Origin: Takakia lepidozioides
Taxonomy: Eukaryota; Plantae; Bryophyta
DNA length: 64,000 nucleotides
Assembly (NCBI GenBank): GCA_030704615.1
Contig: CM060733.1
Span: 72,478,001 to 72,542,000, forward strand
Direction of reading: 5' to 3'
How positions within the stretch are numbered: the stretch's first letter is position 1; every line of letters begins with the position of its first letter. The notes beneath the pieces were generated by a model. That model was not told the origin of the DNA and made no database searches. It worked only from the letters and a program-made list of their open reading frames with translations. Shown here piece after piece: positions 38,201 through 51,332 of the stretch. The position numbers and the translations under genes are program-made.

Positions 38201-39061
38201 TATGAAGTTTTCTTTTGGTTTAATTCTGGGCCAAATTTGAAATGGGATGGTTGTGTGTCCTTGTTGTCCTGTTTGCAATGTGTGCGTGGAATTCACATTC
38301 ATGGTTACAAACTATTGTTGGAGATGGGGGTTGCATGGACTGCCTGGATTGTTCCTTCAATCTATTTTGTGTTTTGTGGACCTCACAGACTTAAGTACAT
38401 TGCAAAAACAAACAAACCACTTTGGTTCGTGTAGAGCATCCTCGCATCATTTGCTAGTTGGTCCCCAAACTATTCCTGCTAGAAGAATGGTTGGTGAATC
38501 CATCACGGTGAAGTCCACCTCATCAAAAACTGTTCAGGCATTCTCAATTCTACCCAAATCAACCCGCGGAAATAGGTGACACCACTCGGAAATAGGTGAC
38601 ATCCGCGGAAATAGGCACTGTTTGCATGCTGACGTGGCGTGAGCCTGTGCTGGGCTCACGCTTTCCTGGGCTCACAGGCTCACGCCTCCGGGCTCACGGA
38701 ATAGCACCCCCCGCAGCGCAACGACAGTCTAAGAGACAGAGGCGAGGTAAGACTGTAGTGGCGGATCCACAGGCTACACGGAAACCGCATGATAATGTTT
38801 CCCAAGCTCTTGTGCAGGAAGGGGCACAACAGCACAGAGAGCTGCTACTATTGGAAGCAGGGCCTTCAGAGAGGGAAGAGGAAGTCACTTCAATACCACA
38901 ACCACCACAACCAATTGACTCTGTTGTTTTGGAGGTTCCACAACTAGTATATGATGTGGCATCACCACCAATTGCTCAGGAAGGAGAAAGGTTGGACATT
39001 CCCACTACAGAGCAGGTCGTGGCCGAAATTGAGAAGGGTGACCTTCTCTATGAAAACTCTG

Positions 39062-39972
39062 TGTTGCACGGCTTTTACTCATCCATCCCTTTGCTATTCG
39101 AGGCGGAAACTCCAAGATAGAAGAGTTGGAAATCTCTAAGTACTCAGCCCGCGCAGAACAATTAGTCATGACCTACAGCTAGTGTATCATGGGGGTGTTT
39201 CCTATTTGTTTCCCTTTTGGCATTCATGTTAGCTATCTTATCATTGATAATTAAGTATCAGTTTGCTTTATCAATCTATTGGATTCCATCAACTCATCCA
39301 TTCATTCCACAGCTTCACTTAGATCTCTCTACACAGTGTGATTGTATCGTAAAAGTATCCGATTATGATTTATCAGGTATCAGGCCGAAGCCATTGTGTC
39401 TCTAATCTGCTCTACAATATCATTACAGCCTTGCATATATCAAGCATCTACTCATCATCTCTCTATCTTCACTTCCGTTCTTCATCTCTGCCCGATCCCC
39501 TCTCCTCCATGACCAAGAAGTCCTCCTCCGAATGATATCCCCAAAATTCCCCGCTTCTCCTTTTATCTTCCTACCCGTGGTTCTAACCGTTTCCCTCACT
39601 AACCGTCGTCTGTGAACTAACATGTTCCCTTCACAGGTGTTGTTTCCCACAGTCGTTCCCTGTCTTGCTCTCCGTTCCCTATGATCGTGACAGCTGTGTC
39701 AAGCTGTGACTGGCTGTGTGAAACTGTGACGGGCTGTAACTGGCTGTGTGGCCGTGTCGGCTGTGATGACTGTGACGGGCTGTGTCTACTGTGACGACTG
39801 TGACGGGCTGTGTTGGCTGTGTCGGCTGTGACGACTGTGACGGGCTGTGTAACCCCTCTCTACAGTGCGCTGCTATCACCCCTAAGGCTCCTGTTGGTCT
39901 CAGTCTGTGCAAAAATTAAGGGTACCCTACAGATCCCGTATAAGTGTCTAAGTCCCAGACAGTCCTCTAACA
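39062..39972 (-). repeat. 3' LTR of element C
   Basis: Preceded on the minus strand by PPT GAGGGGGGAAGGGG. Confidence 0.93.
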
Positions 39973-40010
39973 TTACCCCTTCCCCCCTCAAAAAGCCGTG
40001 TCCTCACGGT

Positions 40011-43000
40011 TTACTGATTTCGATTAGCAAACCTTTGTGAGTGAGCACCTTTTTGACGTTGAGAGTTTTGTGGCGGACTGTGTGTACGAGCCCGAGGTCT
40101 GTCTCTGGTTGACGGAGATGGTTGATCACTACCTGGATAAGTAAGGCCCTCTGGAGGCTGATATCGAGGTAACCTTTCCGGCATAGGAGACCCCCGTCGC
40201 TTCTTCTTTGCCATTTGAACTGCATAGTCTTCTCCCATGTCAAAAGAATTCGGTGAAGAAACAGTTGTATCAGAATCCTCATCGCCTCTCAGGTGTTTTA
40301 ATTTTTGAACTTTTTGTGGAATCCTCTGGGGCATACAATGTTGTCCTACCATGTCTGGAAGTTTATATTTTACAACTTGGTGTAACCGCTGAACAGCAAA
40401 ATTGGTGTAGACACTGAGCTCCTTGTCTGTCCAGGTGAGTGGGGTACCAATTACTGGTGCAGCGTGCAAGTATTTCCATGCCACATGTCCCTTATAGAAA
40501 ATATCATCAATGCCCAATTTCTGTGTTGACAAATTGTTCCAGGCCGCTTGAAACCATGAACGAATTTGAGAATCCTTTTGCATCATAACTTTTGGGTCAT
40601 ATAGGTACATATGAGGTGGCACCGAAGGTAATACCCAATGATCTCCATTGGAATAACTCAGAAAGCGTGTTTGCATCTTTTGTTGCTCAATGTGATAACG
40701 TACCAGAAAACAAGCAGCGTAGTATAACCCGCATCCCATGACAATACTTGCTACCTCCTTGGTCTTGGTATAAATGAGTCCATGTACAACCTGGAAAGCA
40801 ATTAATTCCCTCAACATGGTACCTGCCTCGTGCCAGTACTGTGCAAAGTGATGATCCTCAATTGATCGATTGTTCGGAAGAACTTTAGTCCTAGTTGCCA
40901 CTGGCAGCCAGATGCGCATGATTTGGTAGTAATGTGCGAATGACTGCGGAGGACTAAATCCTTTCCAAGCCAAATCCAACATGATGGGAATTTGGTTGAA
41001 GGGCATAATCATAGCCCTACTGTACTCCCTTGCAGCTGGAGTTTTAGGTGGGTTAAAAGCAGCATTGCCCCATACCTCAGGTTGTGGTGGCTGTGGTGTG
41101 GTTGTAGTAACACCAGGTTCAGCTACTGGTACAGTGACTTGTTGTGGTGTTGGTGGTACTGGCTCCTATATCATTGGCATCTCCTGCACCTCATGTGAAG
41201 ACTGAAAAGCCAAAGTTCTGGCTTGTAAATAAGAAGCCATTAGCTGTTCCTGAGGGATATAGACTCTTTTGTCGATGTTTGAAGTGAGGTCCTCCACTTG
41301 AGTCTGCAGTCCGTCTACATCCTCCTGTAACTCTGCTATCCTACTATAGACATTGTCTATAGTAGTTGTGGCAATGTTCTGCACTTGTAGTCTGAGCTCA
41401 TTCATCTCGCTTTGGGTGAGTTTTTGTGGTGCTTTGCCCTCTACTGGCCCTTGTGCTAACCAGACCTGCATAAGGCTGTTATCCACCAAGTTGCTTGTGG
41501 TTCCCCTGAGAGTTTGCTCATCTCTTAGCTTGTACACTTCTAACTGCTGTTGTAAAGCCTCCATGCGCTTCGCCTGAGGTTCAACCAAATTTGCATAAGC
41601 AGCAGCCAGATTATTAGCTTCCCTCCAAGCCTTGTTATTGACCGCGATTTCATTTCTATTGGCCATGATCGTTTGGTGCAACTCCACGATGTGCTTCTCT
41701 TGATCAGCTTCAACCTGCCTGTATTGCTTGAAAGCATCCTCATTGCGCCAGACTGTATTCTTCATATCGACAATGAGTTTCATTTGCTCAACGTTCTCTT
41801 CTTCTGCCTTCGTACATTTTTCCGCTTGACTGTTTATTTCTTTTGTAGATTGGTCAAGCATAGTTGTGAATGTAGCACATTGTATCGCCATCCTGTCATG
41901 CACTGTCTGCAACTCCGTATGTAGTGCATTCACTTCTTGCAACTTGCTTTCATGCTGCACCTGCATTTGGTATAGCTGTTGCTTATGTGCTTCGTGCAAC
42001 TGGTCTTGCGCGAGGCCTGCCTCAATCAATTGTTCCTTGGCCAATTGCAAAGCCGCTTCTGTATTTCCCAAGTCCTGCTACATCTTGAGAGTGACCTCTT
42101 CATCGACCTTGTTTGCACACTCAGTGGCTAGTCGAGCCTCAAACTCCTTCCTGAGTTCCTCTCTCAAGGCTGTCAATTGGGTAGTTGGAACATGGGATTT
42201 GACATAAGTCCCCAACAAATTAAGTGTCCTGCCTATGGAACTCATAAGCATTGCCTGTTGAGGGTCATCATGGTGAGGTTGCTGCTGTTCCTCCTGATCC
42301 TCAACAGTGTGATGTCTCACGAACCACTCAGGCCATTGTCCCACCGGATTTTCTTCCTGAACCACTTCATCTATCACCGGTGCTAGAGTGTCATGACCTT
42401 CCGCCTGTGGTACCTCCGACACAGGTGTGTGTATTATATGCACCTCAGGATTTCCCTTGGGCAACTGTTGCACCTCTGGAATCTCTGTCTCCTTGACCAG
42501 ACCAGAATATTCATAGAGAAGGTCCCCCTTCTCCAGTTCTGCCACTATCTGTTCTGTAGTTGGAATATATAACCCTTCTCTTTCCAAATCAATTATTTCT
42601 GGTTGAGCTGCATGGACAACTTGTGACCTTGTGACAAGTTGATCAGCTGGCTGTGATGGTTGTGATGCTGAAATAACTTCCTCCTCCCTCTCTGAAGGTC
42701 CTGCTTCCAGTAATAGCATTTCTCTGTGCTGCTGTGCCCCTTCCTGCACATGAGCTTGGGAAACATTATCATGCGGAATCCGTGAAGCCAGTGGATCCAC
42801 CACTACAGTCTTCCCCGTCTCTGCCTCTTAGTCTCGGGTTGCCCTGCTAGTCCACCCTCACTGTGTGAAGAGCCTTGCTCTTCCATTGCAGTGGTTTCTG
42901 GCTCAAACACTCCCATCTCCTTTCTTTCTTGCGCATCAAGTATGCCAGAATCAAGAATTATTTGAGCAATGATTGGGCCAGACACTATGATAGGAGACTT

Positions 43001-43774
43001 TGCGGTAGTACCTTGTAATCTTTTCATCTCCTCAACCAGTGCGTTGTACATTATGTCCGCCCATTGTACCTCTTGTCCCTTCAGACCTTTGAGTATTTCC
43101 TCCGTGAAGGATCTGCTCAAATACTGTTGGTTCTGTTTCATGGCAATCAGAACGTTCAATACCTGGTCTATCTCCTTTAGCCCTGGGTACACAGTCTTGG
43201 TACAAGCATAACCCTGAGTTTTAAAGAAACTCCCTTCTTGGAATAAGTCCCATATTTGCAGTCTTGCCCTGTGTTGCTCCACATGCACCTGACCTGCTGG
43301 CAATCGAAACAATTGCTGGAGGTATAGGGGAGTAATCATTAATTCAACTCCCTTCACCGTTGTTGTTCCTGTCCTTGGCTCAAAGTTCTGCAAAAATTGT
43401 AACATGTACTGTCTATGGTGTAATGTCCAATCTAGGCTTTGCAATCCTTGCAATCTCAGCTCCTCCAGTATCTGTATCGCCTGTGGGATAGCAATCGTTT
43501 GTTTCTGCAGAATTGTGGTGCTCTTCACCCTGATTTCCTCCATTCCTCTCACTCTCTTCATTTTAGACTCACAGAACTGTTTTGGCTGTAACAACTGCAG
43601 AAATGCCTGTAGTGAACAAAGCATAAACGTATGGTTGCCACAGAAGGCTATGGGTAATTTCTTGTAAGCTTGCGGGGCTTGCAAGCATCGCTCAAGAGAA
43701 AAGCTCGGATCTGTTCTTTCGTATCTATGCTGCGTAAGTAATATTGCGAGCGTATAATCTGTTAGTTCCTCCAT
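40011..43774 (-). pseudogene. 3' accessory ORF of element C (~1250 codons: plant-mobile-domain-like N-terminus, coiled coil, conserved C-terminal domain), broken by 2 stops and a frameshift
   Basis: Consecutive ORFs 42803-44221, 42078-42803, 41166-42071 and 40011-41012. Motif VKGVELMITPLYLQQLFRLP; Q/E-rich heptads. Confidence 0.75.
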
Positions 43775-44254
43775 AGTTTCCAAGCTATAGCATTGATGGT
43801 CTGTCCCGTCGAGACGCCCGTTACTCAGAACGACGCCGCCTCTTGCGCTCAATTTCCCTCTATGTTCTTGATCCTTTCTCTGGTTTTCTATTGGCTGTAT
43901 CCGCTGTGACTGGATTTTAGATTTTATTTTCTTTAGTGGACTTTCCCTGCTGGATAGTCCACTAGGATCACACATGTGACAAGAATTTCGCTTTTTTGTA
44001 CTTGCCGTTCGTTCCGTTTTCCTTTTTCCGTATTCATTAATGGGCCCGCCTTTCATCCCTTTTGACGGCCGTTCTTGTCCTCTTTCTTTATGACACCTGG
44101 TCTTGCACTTCCTTCTTAGCTGTGTGTCGCGCCCTGACCTCCACGTGTCTATTTTTAAACTAGTTTCCGTTTTTTCTTCCGTCAGCCATTTTCCTGAAGT
44201 TATTATGCGTCCACCTGTCACTGATTCTATGGATCGTGTAACCCTAGTAGGCTG

Positions 44255-44612
44255 TGTTGAGCTGTAACAGGCTGTGTCATACTGGGGTACACTGTGATAG
44301 GCTGTGATGCACTGTGGTAAGCTGTGATAGGCTGTGATATGCTGTGGTAAGCTGTGATAGGCTGTGACACGCTATGGTAGGTTGTGATAGGCTGTGTCGC
44401 GCCGTGCTGGGCTGTGATAGGCTGTGTCACGTTGTGATGGGCTGTGATAGGCTGTGCTTTGCCTTGATTGGCTGTGATAGGCTGTGTCATGTCGTGATGA
44501 GCTGTGATAGGCTGTGGTTCGCCTTGATGGGCTGTGATAGGCTGTGTCACGCTTGTTTTGGCTGTGATAGGCTGTGGTTCGCCTTGATGGGCTGTGATAG
44601 GCTGTGTCACGT
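44255..44612. repeat. 30-bp tandem repeat (ACAGCCTATCACAGC core) at the end of pol
   Basis: About 12 units GCTGTGATAGGCTGTG; a shorter version occurs at 25440-25535 in element B. Confidence 0.9.
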
Positions 44613-47600
44613 TTGTTTTGCCCGCCCTGATCATATGTGCTTGGCCTAGCGACAAGTGCTCCATACTCCGATTGTAACCCCGGTGCAGCCCGTGACTGCT
44701 CTTGCGTTTCAACATGCAAATCATGCTGCAATGGTTTGTCATGGATACCACTGTACCCCTTCAACTTATTGGCATTGACTCTTCCCAGCATTTCTTTATT
44801 AATGGTTTGTAACATGGCGGTGTTGTTATCATACATCTTTTGTATGACATAAGGTCCTTTCCATGGTGATTTAAGCTTAGAAGCTTTAATCTTTCCTTTT
44901 TCTGCAACCATAGAACCAAATCTCCCGTCTTAAAGTTTTAACTTGCCTTCATCAAACTGTTCCTTCCTCTTCATCTGAATTCTGGTCATATTATCAGCTG
45001 CATCAGCACGTACTTCTTCCACATGGTATAATTCATGTTTCCTGACCTTAATGGAATCTTGCAATTCCATTCTTTTTCCCCATTCCGTTCTCATGGTAGG
45101 TAACAGGAATTCCACTGGAAGTAAGGCTTCCATACCATAAACTAATTGGAATGGTGTATACTTAGTGGTGACTTTATATGGAAGTCTGTATGACCACAAA
45201 GCTGTCAGCAGCTTTGTATCCCAATCCGTTCTGTTTGCATTGACTATCTTAGCCAAGATAGTACATAGTATTTTGTTGGTAGCCTCTGCCTGCCCATTAC
45301 CCTGTGGGTAATATGTTGTACTCTTTCTATGTACAATCATGAACTCTTTAGTCAACAACTCAATGGTCTCATTCATGTGACTTCCCTGATCACTGATAAA
45401 TTCTAAGGGACAGCCAAATCGTGTAAGTATGTTCTCGTACAGGAACCTTGCTGTGGACTTGGCTGTGTTGTCCCTCAAAGCTTTAGCTTCCACCCACTTC
45501 GTAGTATAATCAGTGGTTGTAATTATGTACCTGTTCCGTGTATTCTTGGCTGGTGGGTTATCGGTCCAACAAAGTCTAGTCCCCATTTCTGAAATGGTTC
45601 CGTAGGCATTGTAGGATGCAAGGCCATCCTTCCAGATCTCTGCAAAGGTCCTAGCCTCTGACATTCATCACAACTCTGACAATACTCGTGTACATCTTTG
45701 AACAAAGTAGGCCACCAGTAACCTGCGAGTAGTATCTTCCTACTGGTAGTCTCTTCTCCAAAATGACCTCCAGCCACTCCTTTATGAACTTCCTCCAAAA
45801 CTTTATTTACTTCATGGTGGTACAAGCATCGTTTTAGTACTCCATCAGGTCCTAGCTTATACATTCTGCTTCCTACCATAGTATAAGGTAAAGCTTTGAT
45901 AGCGATTCTCTTCCTCTGCTCCTTACCATAACTAGGTGGGCACTGACCATGAGCAAGGTAGTATCTGATTGGCCACTGCCAATCTAACCAGTCATCTGCA
46001 CTTCCCTGCACCTCCACTGCAAAGAGACTCGCATCTGGTAATTGATCATCTATTCCTGTGGCTGGTTTCCTGTTGATAACCGTGACAAATGATCCGCCAC
46101 AAGATGCAGTCTCCCAGGCTTGTAAACAACCTCGAACTCAAACTCGTGCAAGATTATCAACCATCTTGCTATTCTTCCGCTTATCAGAGGTTTGTTTACC
46201 AGGTATATCAGAGCCTGGTGATCCACATAGAACATAAACTTCTTGCCCAACAGGTAATGCCTGAATTTCTTCACTGCATAGATCATTGCCAATGCTTCTC
46301 TTTCCGTTGTGCTATAGTTCCTTTCAGCACTGTTCATCAACCGGCTAGCATAGTACACAGGTGAATCTATATTTCCTGTAACATTCTGGGCTAACACCGC
46401 TCCCAACGCTTCTCCTGATGCATCGCAGTGAACATGAAATACTACATGCCAGTGAGGGTTAATCAGCACAGGTGTAGTTGTTACTGACAGTGTAAGTTCC
46501 TCAAATGCCTGTTGACATTCAGCTGTCCAGGCAAACACTGCATCTTTCTTCAGTAGTTTGCTCAATGGTGCTGCTATTTGTGCATACCTTTTGACAAATC
46601 TTCTGTAATAACTGGTTTGCCCAAGGAATCTCCGTAGACTTTTAACATTCACTGGTGGTGGAGAGGCTTTAATGGACTCTGTCTTTCTGGGATCCACAAG
46701 GAGTCCCTTCTTACACACAATGTGTCCCAGAAGCACCCCTGAGTTCACACAGAAAGTACACTTCTCTGGATTCAGGCCCAGACCTCTCATCCTGCATCTG
46801 GCCAGACATAACTCCAATTTATGCAAGTGCTCATTCTTAGAGCTGTACACACTGAAATCATCCAAGAATACCTGCATGAAATCATCCAGATACTCATGAA
46901 AAGATTCACTTATCACTCTCTGCATTACAAAGTCCAAAGGGCATGACTTTGTATGCATAAGCCCCCTCAGTCTGTGATGAAAGCTGTTTTCCCTTGGTCT
47001 TCTTCTGCCACTTGCACTTGATTATAACCACTGAAGCCATCCATGAATGAGTACATCTCATGGCCTGCCACAGTGTCTAATACTGCTTCTGTGAATGGCA
47101 AAGGGAAAGGATCTTTCTTCGTACAAGCATTCAGCTTCTTATAGTTCACACATACTCTTAGTTTGCCATTCTTCTTGGGAACTATAACAATGGGTGACAA
47201 CCAAGTTGTATACTCTATTGGGTATATAAACTTAGCCTCAGCCAACTTCTTTATCTCTTCTCCAACCTTCTGTGCGTAGTTGGGATTCATTCTATACCTC
47301 GCCTGCTTGATTGGTACTGACCCTGGTTCCAGTTCAATCTTATGCTGACAGACTTCAGGTGGTATCCCTTTTAGATCCTCATAGCTCCAAGCAAATACAT
47401 CTCTGTATTTGATGAACAAGCTTTTAGCTTCTTCGAAGAATTCCGGCTCCAAATCAGCTCCTACTTTCACCATCCTCGGTTCCTCTTTAGTTCCCACATT
47501 TACTTCCCTCACCTGCTCATCAGCTGTGATTGTCCAACCAGTCACCACTTCATCCTGTAAGCTCACAGTGGCTGGTTCTTCTAGGATTTCTATTTCTCCT

Positions 47601-50600
47601 TCTCTTTCTTCATAGAAATGTGATGGGTAAATGCTGGTTTCCTCTTCAGTTGGTGTTGCTGTCACTACACCAAGCAGATACCTCTCAAACAACTTAGGCT
47701 TTCCAGCCGCATCTCTGCAACCTGCTCCCACTCTGGGTGTGCAGCAAATAGGGTAGCTTCCTGCTCCTCATCCAGTCCTCCTTTCCAGTCATACTCTCTG
47801 ACTCCTCGAGGTCTTCTTGTAGCAGGTAATCTACTAGATTTCTTTGTGGTAATTTGTATCTCGTGTATCCCATTATGCACGGTTAGTAACTGAGAATTCC
47901 AGTCATGGAATACCCTGGCCTGTTTCAGCCACGGACGTCCAATAATAAGGAGTAAGCCTCCATGACTTCATCCATTTTCAACACAGTTACTGTGATCATA
48001 AAGATCATCTTCTGTATCTGTATCTTAACTCCTCTTATTAATCCCAATGGCTGTACACTTCTTTGATCTGCCATTGTTACTGTAAATGGGGCTGGTTTCA
48101 TGTTACTTAGACCAAGCTTCTTCCTTAATTGGTCTGTCATGATATTTACTCCAGAACCTCCATCTATCAGTACATCAGTTAGTTCTGTGCTTCCAATTCT
48201 CAATTGGATTACTGGCATAGAATCATCAAAGTCCATGACTGTTTCTCGCCCTTCCGGCTTCACATTATAACTGGTCACCTTGCTGTTCAGGTCTGTGTTT
48301 CCTGTCTCCTGGGCAATTCGATTGATTGCTTGATACAGCCTGTGCCTACAATAAGGTGCCACAGCTAATAGCTGTCCAATGGTAATTTCTGCTTTGGTCT
48401 GGCATATTACTTCAGCCAAAGTCTCTTCATTACTTTGCATGTCTGCATCTTCTTTCTTCCTTTCTTCCTCACTCCCTTCTTCTTCTCCATCAGAATCAGA
48501 GGAATCTGCCACAGGAATATCAGTACTCTTTTGCATTTCCCTTATAGTATCTGCCACTTCCTTGTGCAGTTCCTTCTCATCTTTCCAAGTCTCTTCATCT
48601 TCAGGCATATCATTGCCACTTCCATTATCATCTTCTTCCTCTTCTACTGGAGGTATTAGTTTGGCTTTACTTCTTGTTACTATCATTGTACTTACTTCTG
48701 GTATAACACATGGCCTAACCATGTGAGCTGCCACCACTGGGCCCTCATTCACAGGAGCTCTCATCTCATTCTGGTGTCTTATCCAGAATGAACAGGCTGC
48801 CTGCGATGTCTGACTGATTACAATAGTAACATAGTTCTTCACCATTGGGTCCTCGCCCTTGGTCTGTTCTTGGATTATTTCTATAATCCTGATTCCCGGG
48901 CTGGTAATTCCCCTTGGATTACCCTGATAGTTGCCTCTGGAATTTCCTTGGTAATTCCCTCTTGAATTACCTCTCCCTTCCATGCCATTGTTATAACCAC
49001 CAGACCTACCATAGTGGTCCTGATCATTGTTTCTTCTTGGCTGGGGCTGCACCTGATGCACCCTTACTTGCCTAGGTTCTCTTGCAGCTGTCCTTCTGTT
49101 GTAGTAACAATTCTCAGTAGAATGGTTATCCATTTTACAGATAGTACAGTGTTTCTCCTTCAGGTGGCATTCTGTGGTGGTATGGCCTTCATTCTGGCAC
49201 TTTGCACACCATACACCCTTCCTCCAATGTGTTGCAGCCTCTGTGGCATACTTCTTCAAGATTTCTTCCAATCTTTTTTCATAATTATCCCTCTTCAACT
49301 TCTCCTTTCTCTTACTCTTTCTTTTTAGTTCTTGCTCTTCTTCTTCATCTGACTCATCCTCAGAGTCCTCATCATCCTTTTTCTCTCTCCTGAGCATTCC
49401 CAATTGCTCAATTCTGTTAGCAGTTTCAAATGCCTCCTCCACTTTATTATGGGGTAACATATCCACTTTCTTTTGCAACTCCGGTCTTAGTCCACTCACA
49501 AACCAAGTCTTCTGTAAACCGGGTGCTGGTACTGCAGCCAATTTTTTCATCATCAATTCCATCTTCTCCATATACTCTTCAATAGTTTCATGCTTCTTCT
49601 GCTTCAGCTGTTGTAAACTCCCATACACTTCATCCTCAGTTTTACTTGTCCTGAACCTATTTTGAAATGCTGTATTCAAGCCATTCCAGGTTAGGAAATG
49701 ATTATCAGGGAATCTTGCATACCATTCACTTGCTTTCTTGATAAGTGAACAAGGAAACAATCTCATCTTGGCATCATCGCCATTCTCATTGTTCACTATA
49801 CACATGTGCTCAAATTGGCTAATGTGTACATCGGGATCCCCTTTTCCTGAATATATTGGAAATGGTGGTTTTGCCCGTGTTGGTTGTAACGCCATCTGTG
49901 GCCCTACCTTCTGCCCACTGACAGGTGCTGGCACCCTTGCTGGTGCTGGTCCTCCTGGACCTGTTGTTTTTGTGGTGGATCTTCCACCAAGTGGTGGCCC
50001 TTGAGCACTCCCTGCTTCCGGCCCCACGATATTCACGGTATTCCCAGCTTCAGTTGCACTACTTCCCACACTCCCTGTCCCCCCAGAGCCAGATCCAGGC
50101 AGCCCGCCTGATCCCCCTAAGCCGACACCTTCGTTGGCCTGTGATCCAAGTGCTCCACTTGATCCAGGTCCAACGGGTTGGGATGTACTGGTTGTAGTCT
50201 CAACCTCAGCTGTTGGGTCTACTTCTTCATATCCTTCCTCTTCCAATTTCTTCTCTCTGTTTTCATCCTCCAAGTTCTGCCCTTGGGTTTCTTCTTCACT
50301 CATGTAACTCAACTGTAATGGTGTTGGAGAGTCTGAACTCTCCGTTGGCTCTGCCACATCCTCTTCTCCTTCTTCACCGTCTGCTTCAGAAGCTGGAGTT
50401 CCTGCTTTTGGTGTTCCATGCCAACTCTTATCAAAGATTTCTGTCAAATCTTTTATCCAGGGATGTACCTCAGATCTTTCACCTCGTGATTGATCTTCTT
50501 CCTGTACCAATTCCCTTAATCTTTCTTGCAAAGAAACCGAAGGAGTGGCATCCAACTCTAGTTCTTCCGGTATGGGTGATGTACTCTTTGATCTTAATGG

Positions 50601-50723
50601 TGTGAGAGGTCCAGATGATTCCCCTATGTCTATTCCTCTCTCCCAAAGATATGGATAATTAGCTTTCAGATAGCTTTCTCTTTTTGAATATCTCTGGCGT
50701 CTAGCTTCTCTTTCATCACTCAT
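44372..50723 (-). pseudogene. gag-pol polyprotein of element C (several frameshifts)
   Basis: 932-aa gag-PR ORF, then RT (MDGFSGYNQ, FLDDF), RNase H (HCDAS...EREALA) and integrase fragments. Confidence 0.93.
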
Positions 50724-50744
50724 GTCCCATGTCTTTCATTTCTT

Positions 50745-51312
50745 TTAATGTGGCAATAACCAAAACTCTCTTCTGTAATATCTCTCGTATATGCCTGGGT
50801 TTCTTTCAAGCTTCAATGCACCCTTGGCTATACTTGAAGTCTCCGTTACCATATAACCATATGGCAAACAAGTCTGAAAAGCTGTTCTTGGTGTGAGTTT
50901 GATCCACAAAATATCCTTTGGAATCCAATTCTTTACCAGTACAAGCTCTTCATGCATATGAGTATAAACATTCACCTTTCTTTCTTCCCAGCCTTCAAAC
51001 TCTACTCGCTTAATGGATAGCAATGCTATCACATATACCAATGTTGGTAACCAACGTGCTCTTCCTCTACAGGCTACCTGATAAATCTTTATCACTCCTT
51101 TCTCCAGACCCCATTCTGGATCAGCATCATGCACTCGTTTAAGAATATTTTCTTTACAACCGTCTGGCAATTCCAAGAACCTTTGAAAGAATTGTTTGGA
51201 CAATCTTTCTTCCTTCGTTCCACAGGGAATTTGATTCACTTCAAATTCTTTAATGGTCCAACCACCATGATCCCACCAGATGCCTGTCACATCTGGTTGT
51301 TCATTACTTAGT
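50745..51312 (-). CDS. ORF0: extra ORF between the PBS and gag, unknown function
   Basis: Open from within the LTR through the PBS to 50745 (231 aa); homologous disrupted copy in element B. Start codon unclear. Confidence 0.55.
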
Positions 51313-51330
51313 TCCCCAGTATGGTCGCCA
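51313..51330 (-). other. Primer-binding site of element C
   Basis: TGGCGACCATACTGGGGA on the minus strand, 2 nt after the LTR end. Confidence 0.85.
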
Positions 51331-51332
51331 AA

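Larger units (their letters stand above)
26996..38712. mobile_element. MULE-2: complete ~11.7 kb Mutator-like transposon, a divergent family with the same two-gene layout
   Basis: 9-bp TSD GCAGCGCAA (26987-26995 and 38713-38721). Degenerate TIRs GAGCGTAGCTACGGCGTGAGCCC / GGGGGGTGCTATTCCGTGAGCCC with subterminal GTGAGC repeats. Confidence 0.93.

Noticed and set aside
40011-43774. Envelope (env) gene
   Set aside because: No clear signal peptide or transmembrane anchor is seen; left as an accessory ORF of unknown function.
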